Part shown: positions 21,342 to 28,720 of the stretch, one piece after another
Layout of the letters: each line of letters opens with the position of its first letter
Numbering within the stretch: position 1 is the first letter of the stretch
DNA from: Bacilli bacterium
GTDB lineage: Bacteria > Bacillota > Bacilli > JBOFGC01
Assembly: GCA_051648945.1 (NCBI GenBank)
Contig: JBOFGC010000083.1
Location: 1-43,134 of the forward strand
Length of the DNA stretch: 43,134 nucleotides
Direction of reading: 5' to 3'
Translations under genes and position numbers: made by a program
Notes under the pieces: generated by a model
Told to the model about the DNA's origin: nothing
The model's database searches: none
Seen by the model: only the letters and a program-made list of their open reading frames with translations

Positions 21342-21709
21342 AAACGCGTAATGGTTTTGTGAGTAACAGCTCTAGTTCTAGCTTTATTGTAGCGTTTAAT
21401 CGTGACGACGAGGCAGCCGAGGATGAGTTTCTAGATAAGGCACGAGGCCTAGATTATCATCTTAGGATTTGTCGTATGAAAGGAATGCAGCCATTCGACG
21501 GTAAAGGTCCTCATAGTGACTATCGAGATCATACTTACGGAACTTATTCTAACTCCACTCTGGAATCTGTTTATAAACTGAACGAACTGGGTTATAATGT
21601 TATTGAGATTGAGACATATAACCCGTATAAAGAATTATGGGACATGCTCGTAACGAGTGAGCATCGTTTCAACGCTATATTAACTAAGGAATTAAATGAA
21701 AACACGTAA
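21338..21709 (+). CDS. MKTRNGFVSNSSSSSF-family paralog E, 123 aa
   Basis: Its last 5 codons and stop are read from the conserved module of paralog F in another frame. Confidence 0.8.
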   Translation: MKTRNGFVSNSSSSSFIVAFNRDDEAAEDEFLDKARGLDYHLRICRMKGMQPFDGKGPHSDYRDHTYGTYSNSTLESVYKLNELGYNVIEIETYNPYKELWDMLVTSEHRFNAILTKELNENT

Positions 21710-22061
21710 TGGTTTTGTAAGTAACAGCTCTAGTTCATCTTTTATTATCTGCGGTCTGAATCTATGTCGAGAAGATATAATCAAAGCTTACGACATAGCC
21801 GGAGCTGAACTGACAGAAGAAGATAAAACGACAATCCTGGAAGAGAGTGTATGGGAATGGCCAGACTTCCCAGGACCAATCGAAGCAGCCGAATACGAAT
21901 ACACTGGCACTTGGTTAGGCGTAGCAGTTGACCCTACCTGTCTTTCTGTTAATTCCTGTCTGAGTGGGTTTGTTGGCGAAGGCGCTCACGCACTGATGCA
22001 GAAAATCGGCGAAGAGTTAGGAGAGAAAATCAAAACCTACGGCGACACTGAATACTGTTAA
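21696..22061 (+). CDS. MKTRNGFVSNSSSSSF-family paralog F, 121 aa
   Basis: Invariant module. Followed by a terminator. Confidence 0.8.
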   Translation: MKTRNGFVSNSSSSSFIICGLNLCREDIIKAYDIAGAELTEEDKTTILEESVWEWPDFPGPIEAAEYEYTGTWLGVAVDPTCLSVNSCLSGFVGEGAHALMQKIGEELGEKIKTYGDTEYC

Positions 22062-22069
22062 ATTTGAAA

Positions 22070-22090
22070 GGAGCCTTCGGGCTCCTTTTT
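22070..22090 (+). terminator. intrinsic terminator, GGAGCC-TTCG-GGCTCC copy
   Basis: Exact hairpin plus T5. Closes the paralog array. Confidence 0.85.
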
Positions 22091-22116
22091 CTTTTGAAAA
22101 TAATTAGAAAAATGTG

Positions 22117-22144
22117 TTGACGTAAAAGTTCTGCCTGATATTAT
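22117..22144 (+). promoter_or_regulatory. promoter (TTGACG-N16-TATTAT)
   Basis: Read by eye. Confidence 0.45.
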
Positions 22145-22175
22145 TACCTCATCAAAACGAAACGGAGAAAACGAA

Positions 22176-22361
22176 ATGAAATCGAAATACACGAAACGAC
22201 TGAGTGCACTGTTGAAGCGCGACCGTAAGGTAGCAAATCACTACAAGAGACAAGGTCTAAAGATCGTTTATCACTCTTGGGGTATCTGGTGCGTTCCTTC
22301 TGCTGATATCACCCGAATTCTGAACGAGATGACCGAATTCAGCGGCAACACCACGGATTAA
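22176..22361 (+). CDS. hypothetical basic protein, 61 aa
   Basis: RBS GGAGAAAACGAA. Confidence 0.55.
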   Translation: MKSKYTKRLSALLKRDRKVANHYKRQGLKIVYHSWGIWCVPSADITRILNEMTEFSGNTTD

Positions 22362-22383
22362 CCAACACCACAGGCAAACAAAA

Positions 22384-22551
22384 ATGAATATTATCTGGCC
22401 AAATCTTGTACTCGTGTTTGTGTGTACTGTTCTCGCAAACGGAGTTATTATGAAACTGATGGATGACTTTAACCCGCGATTTGTGTTTTTTCTTCGATTG
22501 GCTGCGGGATACGCGATCTTTACATTAACTCAAGACTTCTACTGGAAATAA
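22384..22551 (+). CDS. small membrane protein, 55 aa
   Basis: Hand-translated MNIIWPNLVLVFVCTVLANGVIMKLMDDFNPRFVFFLRLAAGYAIFTLTQDFYWK*, with two hydrophobic segments. Confidence 0.45.
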   Translation: MNIIWPNLVLVFVCTVLANGVIMKLMDDFNPRFVFFLRLAAGYAIFTLTQDFYWK

Positions 22552-22553
22552 TT

Positions 22554-22853
22554 ATGAGCGCATTACTACTGACTTTAGCACTAACTGCCGGTATCGCGAC
22601 AAACGACTATCTGCAAGTTGAACAAAATAAAATTAACATCTCAACAACAACCGAAAGCTGCGACTACGTTGTGTTTATTGATAACGTGAAATATGAAGCC
22701 GACCCGAGTTATGATGGCAAAGTTTGTGTACAGGTAGTCGATTATGCTCCATTCGTGAACTCTGTCAAATCTGAGATTATGGGACAAACTGAGATTCTCG
22801 TAAACGACGTTATTATGACTCGCACAACAGAAAATGTTTTTGTGAAAAAGTGA
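22554..22853 (+). CDS. hypothetical exported/membrane-anchored protein, 99 aa
   Basis: Signal-like MSALLLTLALTAGIAT. Confidence 0.6.
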   Translation: MSALLLTLALTAGIATNDYLQVEQNKINISTTTESCDYVVFIDNVKYEADPSYDGKVCVQVVDYAPFVNSVKSEIMGQTEILVNDVIMTRTTENVFVKK

Positions 22854-22882
22854 TTGACACTATAATCTAACGGAGTTAATAT
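22854..22882 (+). promoter_or_regulatory. promoter (TTGACA-N17-TAATAT)
   Basis: -10 lies in the loop of GGAGTT (22872-22877) / AGCTCC (22883-22888). Confidence 0.5.
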
Positions 22883-22921
22883 AGCTCCACTTAAACAACA
22901 AGATGAATTGAAGGAAATATT

Positions 22922-24082
22922 ATGTCTAAGACTGTCGAATTTGCTCGTATGATCGAAGTTCCTGTTGGCAAAATGGTCGAAACTAAATCTGTGAAAATGT
23001 TTCGTTCAGATGAAGCAAATTTCAACTTCAATAAAGTGAACGGATTTACGCAGATGTGGGGTAAAACCAAAGACGACGATGTTGAAGTTTGGCCTTTCCC
23101 AAATATCCTCGACATCGAGATCACCACTGTGTGTAATGGTCCAGACAACAAGTTATGCTCATTCTGTTATAAAGGAAATAATCCTAATGGCTACAATATG
23201 CCTTTCGAGCATTTCAAAACGATCATTGATAAAATGCCATGGCTCCAGCAAACGGCACTGGGCGCAGATGCTCAAGGCGTAACCAATCCTGATATGTTCA
23301 AGATGATGGAGTACGCTCGTCAAAAAGGTATCGTGCCTAACTTGACAATCGCTGATGTCTCAGAAGAAGTAGCAGATAAGCTGGCTAAAGTCGCAGGAGC
23401 AGTGGCCGTTAGCGTATATAAGCATGCTGGATATGACGTTGCTTTCGACTCAATCGCTCGTCTGATTGAAGCTGGTAAGCGCCACGAGCGTGAGTCGTTC
23501 GCTATCAATATTCACTATATGATTTCTTCTCGTACAATCGAGGGTGCATATAAAGTGATTGACGCATATCTGAACGACCCTCGACTGAAAGGAATGGGAG
23601 CGGTGGTCTTTTTGGGCTTGAAGGCGAAAGGACGTGGTAAGAAATTCGATACCGTAACACGCGAACAATATAAAGCGCTAGTCGACTACTGCTTGGAACA
23701 TGAAGTACGCTTTGGGTTCGATAGCTGTTCTGGTCCTGCTTTTATCGATTCAGTTAAAGGTCACGAGAAATTCGAACAGTTCGCAGAAGCGACTGAGCCA
23801 TGTGAAAGTCTGTGCCTCAGTAGCTACATAAATGAATACGGTCAGTTCTTCCCTTGCTCATTTACGGAAGGCGAAGGTAACTGGAAAGAAGGAATTAACG
23901 TACTCGAATCTGAGGATTTCGTAACTGATGTGTGGAATCATCCACGATCCCTTGAGTTTCGCAATATGTTGATTGGAAACAAAGACGAAAATGGTTGCCG
24001 AAATTGTCCTGTCCACATTGTCTGCGATCGCGATATGCGACAGGGTTCATTTAAGCCTGCGCAAATCGGTGATATTCTGTAA
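22922..24082 (+). CDS. radical SAM enzyme with SPASM/twitch-like C-terminal Cys cluster
   Basis: 386 aa. The N-terminal cluster is non-canonical: TTVCNGPDNKLCSFCYKG (Cx7Cx2C). The C-terminus has CESLCLSSYINEYGQFFPC (Cx12Gx4C) and CRNCPVHIVC (Cx2Cx5C). Confidence 0.75.
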   Translation: MSKTVEFARMIEVPVGKMVETKSVKMFRSDEANFNFNKVNGFTQMWGKTKDDDVEVWPFPNILDIEITTVCNGPDNKLCSFCYKGNNPNGYNMPFEHFKTIIDKMPWLQQTALGADAQGVTNPDMFKMMEYARQKGIVPNLTIADVSEEVADKLAKVAGAVAVSVYKHAGYDVAFDSIARLIEAGKRHERESFAINIHYMISSRTIEGAYKVIDAYLNDPRLKGMGAVVFLGLKAKGRGKKFDTVTREQYKALVDYCLEHEVRFGFDSCSGPAFIDSVKGHEKFEQFAEATEPCESLCLSSYINEYGQFFPCSFTEGEGNWKEGINVLESEDFVTDVWNHPRSLEFRNMLIGNKDENGCRNCPVHIVCDRDMRQGSFKPAQIGDIL

Positions 24083-24086
24083 TTAG

Positions 24087-24116
24087 CTTTACAATATGAT
24101 ATGGCTGTTGTATGAT
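24087..24116 (+). promoter_or_regulatory. promoter (CTTTAC-N18-TATGAT)
   Basis: -10 lies in the loop of the 9-bp inverted repeat GATATGGCT (24098-24106) / AGCCATATC (24117-24125). Confidence 0.45.
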
Positions 24117-24174
24117 AGCCATATCAAAACAAACGAGGAAATCTGATGAAATATTTCGAAATGATGAAAGCATA

Positions 24175-24627
24175 ATGAAACATCTAATCTCACGACCACG
24201 CCGTGGTTTCGGTAACACCAACGTAGCTAACGTATTCGAAAGCATTACCGGATTGACTGCAACTCAGACTACCAATCCAATCAATAAGTACAAAATCGTT
24301 ATCACGTACATGGAAAACGATGCTGATGGTTATCCAACCGAGACCGTTTATATGGATGGCGATAAAGAGAAAGAACTCATTGAGTTCATGAACTTCCTGA
24401 ATCGTTGTGCTGTTGCGTATATGAGCGGAAAGGGCGGATCGGACGATTTCAGCCACGTTGAAGGTTATAAAGATTGGGTTATCAACGAAGATGTTCCAGA
24501 AGAAGAACAACCAAACGCACTGATTGAATGGCGTTACTGGGATTGGGAATATTGCTGCGACTTCGAGCACGCTGATGTGTATTACTACGACGCTAACGGC
24601 GTTGAATATAAAGTAAACATGCAATAA
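24175..24627 (+). CDS. hypothetical acidic protein, 150 aa
   Basis: The ATG at 24175 overlaps the stop of a 9-codon uORF (24146-24175, MKYFEMMKA*), which carries the only good SD (GAGGA). Confidence 0.6.
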   Translation: MKHLISRPRRGFGNTNVANVFESITGLTATQTTNPINKYKIVITYMENDADGYPTETVYMDGDKEKELIEFMNFLNRCAVAYMSGKGGSDDFSHVEGYKDWVINEDVPEEEQPNALIEWRYWDWEYCCDFEHADVYYYDANGVEYKVNMQ

Positions 24628-24666
24628 TGGCAAAGGGACGAAAGTCCCTAATTAGAAGGAAACAAA

Positions 24667-25362
24667 ATGCGTTATTCAAGTTCTCGTAAAATCGATCGTC
24701 TGCGAACAAAGTTCCGTATGGCATCGACTAGCCCATATAATATAAAGGGTATGTTCCGCGCTGGTGATATGATGGCACTAGCTTCGACTGCGATTCATAA
24801 AGGTGAAATTACTCTATCGCACTCCATGATGAGTAGTTACGTTAGTCTACGACAGCATCGAAAGATTCCTGGTGTGATTCACTTAGTAAGCTTGACATCC
24901 GAGGCCGATTGTAATCAGCTTGTTGTTAGTATGGAAACACAGTGCAAATCTAATCATCATCCGTTGATTGCTCATGCATTGCAGACGGAGTTGAATAAGC
25001 ACAAACAAAACTACGTGAATCCTTTCGTCGTTACGATCTATCAACAGGAGAAAAAGGTGAACCCAGAATTGCCTACACACAACACCGATCCGTTGTCCTT
25101 TGTGTCGCAAGATAACGAGTTAAAGCTCGCGATTCGCGATTACATTGGAGTTGCGCAAGTGAAACGCAACGTTGAAGTCAAGTCAAATTCCGACCGACTT
25201 GCTGCCGTCACGAAGATGATTGACCAGAAAAGTCAAGAGATTACTCAATTGCAATCGATGAAGACCGAACTACAACAGCGGATCAAAGAAAGTAATATAC
25301 AATTCCAGAAAAACATAGTAGCCGAGTTGTCGAACTTAATCAAATCTAACACATCGAACTAA
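24667..25362 (+). CDS. hypothetical protein, 231 aa, C-terminal coiled coil
   Basis: RBS AAGGAAAC. EITQLQSMKTELQQRIKE heptads. Confidence 0.65.
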   Translation: MRYSSSRKIDRLRTKFRMASTSPYNIKGMFRAGDMMALASTAIHKGEITLSHSMMSSYVSLRQHRKIPGVIHLVSLTSEADCNQLVVSMETQCKSNHHPLIAHALQTELNKHKQNYVNPFVVTIYQQEKKVNPELPTHNTDPLSFVSQDNELKLAIRDYIGVAQVKRNVEVKSNSDRLAAVTKMIDQKSQEITQLQSMKTELQQRIKESNIQFQKNIVAELSNLIKSNTSN

Positions 25363-25394
25363 GAAAGGGGCCTTCGGGCCCTATGGAGAACACA

Positions 25395-25877
25395 ATGAAC
25401 GAAACTAAAAACGGATTCCGAAACGAATATGCATTCTTGTCTAATTTCTGGCCATTGGAGATGATGTTCATCAGCCGAGGAATTGGTTATCCTACAGCGG
25501 AGCATTTCTATCAAGCAATGAAGTTCCACGACGTGGAGATGCGCGGCGCTATAGCGAATCATTCGTCTAATGGACTGAAAGCGTTTGTTCGTAAACACAA
25601 AGACAAGATTCGCCCTGATTGGAAATCACAACGCACATTGTTCATGTCTGTTATCCTGAATTATAAATTTGGCGAATGTAATCCAACATTACGTCAAAAA
25701 TTGATTGACACCGGTACAACAGAGCTAGTAGAATACAACCTATGGAAAGATACATACTGGGGAGTTTGCGCTAACATGCAAGTTGGTCAGAACAACCTAG
25801 GCAAGAAATTAATGGAAATTCGCAGTCGTCTAATGAACGATGACATTATGATGTTTATGTGTGGAGATAAAAAATGA
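25395..25877 (+). CDS. NADAR (YbiA/DUF1768) domain protein
   Basis: 160 aa from the ATG at 25395 (RBS GGAGA). NGFRNEYAFLSNFWP…GIGYPTAEHFYQAMKF is the NADAR signature. Confidence 0.8.
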   Translation: MNETKNGFRNEYAFLSNFWPLEMMFISRGIGYPTAEHFYQAMKFHDVEMRGAIANHSSNGLKAFVRKHKDKIRPDWKSQRTLFMSVILNYKFGECNPTLRQKLIDTGTTELVEYNLWKDTYWGVCANMQVGQNNLGKKLMEIRSRLMNDDIMMFMCGDKK

Positions 25878-26596
25878 AATTCGCAAACGGAACGTCTCGT
25901 CGTCAGCATTACGCAAATAAATCGATGAAACGAATTAACAAGATGTCGTCTAATCCACAATTAGTGAAATCGATAGGCACCAATCGCATTTTGGTAACTC
26001 GGTTGTGGAATGATATGATTAACTGCTACCGAAATACGTGTGGCGTTTCGTGTACTGATATCGGCAAGCATGTTATCGAACATGGAACAGGCAAATTAAA
26101 ATCATGTAGCGTAGTACGGATCAATCGTAACGGAGATAAACTCACGATTCACGTTCGTGTTAACGCAGACGAGGATCTGTCTGTTGTCGACTTTAATACT
26201 AAACAGGATTCGTTCTTCGAAGAACTACGACATACAATGTACGTTCGTGATATAGTTTCTAGTATTCGTTGTCGGAATCGTACGAACGTTGCGTATTTGT
26301 GGGGTCAATATTGGATTAACTACGACATCGTTATTCAGTTCAAACAAACTGAAGTTCCCGAGGCAATTGCTCCTACTGCGTTTGGTAAATCGTTGTTCGA
26401 TGCAGGCGTAGAATCGATTCGCGTTACTGTCAAAGAATCGTCCGACCTAATTGTTGAACTTGAGAAACAGATCGCAGAATTGCAAAAACTAATTGACGAA
26501 GAGAAGAAGAAACGTGCTACTATAGTTACACAAGAAATCGATAAACTAACTGCGAAATTTCGCACTAACGCATTTTTGAAAGTCAACGAACTATAA
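25874..26596 (+). CDS. hypothetical protein, 240 aa, C-terminal coiled coil
   Basis: ATGA overlap with the NADAR gene. Confidence 0.65.
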   Translation: MKFANGTSRRQHYANKSMKRINKMSSNPQLVKSIGTNRILVTRLWNDMINCYRNTCGVSCTDIGKHVIEHGTGKLKSCSVVRINRNGDKLTIHVRVNADEDLSVVDFNTKQDSFFEELRHTMYVRDIVSSIRCRNRTNVAYLWGQYWINYDIVIQFKQTEVPEAIAPTAFGKSLFDAGVESIRVTVKESSDLIVELEKQIAELQKLIDEEKKKRATIVTQEIDKLTAKFRTNAFLKVNEL

Positions 26597-26605
26597 GGCA
26601 ATAAA

Positions 26606-26743
26606 ATGATTACCGAATCTATCATTCTGGGACTGTGGATCACTACAGCCGCTACATGGAACAGCAACACTGCAACGTCTGGAATTGCGTTTGTGTTTAC
26701 TGTTATGAGCTTCGCCGCGTCGATTGCTGCTTATTTTATCTAA
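26606..26743 (+). CDS. small membrane protein, 45 aa
   Basis: Hand-translated MITESIILGLWITTAATWNSNTATSGIAFVFTVMSFAASIAAYFI*. Confidence 0.4.
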   Translation: MITESIILGLWITTAATWNSNTATSGIAFVFTVMSFAASIAAYFI

Positions 26744-26746
26744 TAT

Positions 26747-26776
26747 GTTTACAACGCTACGGAGACATGCGATAAT
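26747..26776 (+). promoter_or_regulatory. early-type promoter (GTTTAC-N18-GATAAT) for nadV
   Basis: The 8-bp perfect inverted repeat GGAGACAT (26761-26768) / ATGTCTCC (26775-26782) straddles the -10. Confidence 0.55.
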
Positions 26777-26803
26777 GTCTCCACTACTTAAACAATAGAA
26801 CAA

Positions 26804-26816
26804 CTTGGGAGTCAAG
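26804..26816 (+). promoter_or_regulatory. 13-nt motif CTTGGGAGTCAAG containing the nadV SD (identical to 14598-14610)
   Basis: Exact repeat. Ends 3 nt before the nadV ATG. Confidence 0.7.
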
Positions 26817-26819
26817 TTC

Positions 26820-28247
26820 ATGAGCAATCCATTCAAGAAAAACCTATGTGTCAATACCGATTCTTACAAAGTAACCCATCCAGGAACATTTCCTCAGGGC
26901 ACTACTCGCACATCTTATTACATCGAACCACGAAGTGTGGGCGAAAAGGTGGTAGCTGCTGGTATGAATCGTCTAGCACGTATTATCGACGCTGGTATCA
27001 CTGTTGCTGACGTAAAACGCGCCAACAGTCTGTTTAAGTTTCACTTCGGTCGTGATATTTTCCGCTTGAAAGAGTGGATGTATATCGCGGAAGAGTTGGA
27101 AGGCAAACTACCACTCGACATGTATGCGGTGCTGGAAGGTACAGTAATGTCAACTCAAAATGCAATGGTAGTACTAGAAACACCAGAGTTCTTGCCGACG
27201 ACAGTCGATTTGTCTTGGATTCCGGGAAACTGTGAAACATTTGCACTACGTGCTACTTGGTATCCAACATCCGTTGCTACTAAGTCTTATATGTGCAAGA
27301 AAGTATTAAAACAATATATGACGCAAACATCTGATTTGACCGGCGATGATTTCACTGGTGTGTTGAATACACGTCTACACGACTTCGGCGCTCGTGGTGC
27401 AACATCAGAAGAATCTGCTGCCGTCGGTGGTCTGGCTCAACTGTATTGCTTTATCGGCACTGATACCGTTGAAGCATTGATTCTAGCTCAAGATTTGTTT
27501 GATGTTGAGTGTGCGGGGTTCTCTATCCCAGCACGCGAACACAGCACAACCGTTTGTTATGAAGATGAAGATGATGCGTATCGCAATAGTATCGATATGT
27601 TCGGCGAAGGGTTCTACTCTTGCGTAATGGACAGTTACGATTACGAAGCTGCGGTCGAGCGTGTGTGTCTGGAAATGAAAGACGAAATTATCGCTAAAGG
27701 CGGCACTTTCGTAATCCGTCCAGATTCCGGTGATATGATTCGTAACATCATGTATACGCTTGAGATGCTCGGTAAACACTTTGGCTACGAGTATAACTCT
27801 AAAGGGTACAAAGTACTGAATAAGCATGTTCGTATCATTCAGGGCGACGACATTAACGACGCTGACGATATTCGTCGTGTGCTTAGTTGGATGGAGACTC
27901 GTAAATGGTCCGCTGAAAACATCGCATTCGGTATGGGTGGCGGTCTGCTACAAAAAGTTAATCGCGATACTCACAAATTCGCTATGAAGATGTCGGCTAT
28001 CGAAATTAACGGATTGTGGCGCGGTGTTGCTAAATGCCCTAAAGGTGCTGAGTGGAAAGCTTCCAAGAAAGGTCGTCTTGACTACGTTAAAGATACCATG
28101 GGAAATGAATACACTATCGACCTGACGGACGTAATGATTGACCGTTCGAAATATACAAGTCAGTTTGTGCAGTATATCAATAATGGTCGTCTGGCACACG
28201 TCGACACACTAGAAGATATTCGCAAACGCGTTGACTCTGCGTTATAA
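26820..28247 (+). CDS. nadV: nicotinamide phosphoribosyltransferase (NAMPT; KVP40 NadV-like)
   Basis: 475 aa from the ATG at 26820. NTDSYKVTH N-terminus, HDFGARG, IRPDSGD and IIQGDDI motifs are typical of NAMPT. Confidence 0.9.
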   Translation: MSNPFKKNLCVNTDSYKVTHPGTFPQGTTRTSYYIEPRSVGEKVVAAGMNRLARIIDAGITVADVKRANSLFKFHFGRDIFRLKEWMYIAEELEGKLPLDMYAVLEGTVMSTQNAMVVLETPEFLPTTVDLSWIPGNCETFALRATWYPTSVATKSYMCKKVLKQYMTQTSDLTGDDFTGVLNTRLHDFGARGATSEESAAVGGLAQLYCFIGTDTVEALILAQDLFDVECAGFSIPAREHSTTVCYEDEDDAYRNSIDMFGEGFYSCVMDSYDYEAAVERVCLEMKDEIIAKGGTFVIRPDSGDMIRNIMYTLEMLGKHFGYEYNSKGYKVLNKHVRIIQGDDINDADDIRRVLSWMETRKWSAENIAFGMGGGLLQKVNRDTHKFAMKMSAIEINGLWRGVAKCPKGAEWKASKKGRLDYVKDTMGNEYTIDLTDVMIDRSKYTSQFVQYINNGRLAHVDTLEDIRKRVDSAL

Positions 28248-28261
28248 TCTTGATATATTAC

Positions 28262-28287
28262 AGCTCTGCCATACGGCAGAGCTTTTT
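28262..28287 (+). terminator. intrinsic terminator
   Basis: AGCTCTGCC-ATAC-GGCAGAGCT followed by TTTTT. Confidence 0.8.
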
Positions 28288-28302
28288 CTCTAAGGAATTA
28301 TT

Positions 28303-28488
28303 ATGGAATTATTATTAGTTTTTATCGTTACTGTTGCCCTTTTGTATGTAAACGACGACATGGCATATAAACGAGGACGAAATCGTGTTATCTGGTTCTT
28401 GTTTGGATTGATTGTTAGTCCTCTTCTGTCTATGTTCTTATTGTGGTGTTTAGGAGAAAAGAATGAAAACCCTTCTACAGGAATGTAA
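28303..28488 (+). CDS. small membrane protein, 61 aa
   Basis: Two hydrophobic helices flanking YKRGRNR. RBS AAGGAAT. Confidence 0.6.
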   Translation: MELLLVFIVTVALLYVNDDMAYKRGRNRVIWFLFGLIVSPLLSMFLLWCLGEKNENPSTGM

Positions 28489-28720
28489 AGATTTATACGA
28501 GGCAACAAACGAAAACGCATTGCCTGAGTTTAAATCGTTAGTGCAATCTAAATTACTAGAGAACGCAAAGAAGTGCTATCGTGAAGTCAGGATAAAACAC
28601 ACCGAAATGCCATATGGCGACTGGAGGTCCGGTGGACTTGATTGGTTAAAGCGTCAAGGATTCAATTATGCGTTAACTGACGAAGCATACGTACATGCAA
28701 TACGAATTTGGTGGGAATAA
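28463..28720 (+). CDS. hypothetical protein, 85 aa
   Basis: RBS GGAGAAAAGA. Overlaps the previous ORF by 26 nt. Confidence 0.6.
   Translation: MKTLLQECKDLYEATNENALPEFKSLVQSKLLENAKKCYREVRIKHTEMPYGDWRSGGLDWLKRQGFNYALTDEAYVHAIRIWWE

Larger units (their letters stand above)
18648..21749 (+). repeat. six dispersed direct repeats (~50 nt) = 5' ends of the paralog family
   Basis: ATGAAAAC(A/G)CG(T/C)AATGG(A/T)TTTGT(A/G)AGTAA(C/T)AGCTCTAG… at 18648, 19564, 20363, 20728, 21338 and 21696. The copies at 19564 and 20363 differ at 1 of 54 nt. Confidence 0.9.

Noticed and set aside
18648-22061. Regularly recurring ~50-nt repeats, considered as a possible CRISPR array or tandem satellite.
   Set aside because: - Spacing is irregular (365-916 nt).
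- Each repeat begins with an ATG preceded by an RBS or a coupled stop, and it encodes the same 17 residues.
- They are the 5' ends of paralogous genes, not CRISPR repeats.
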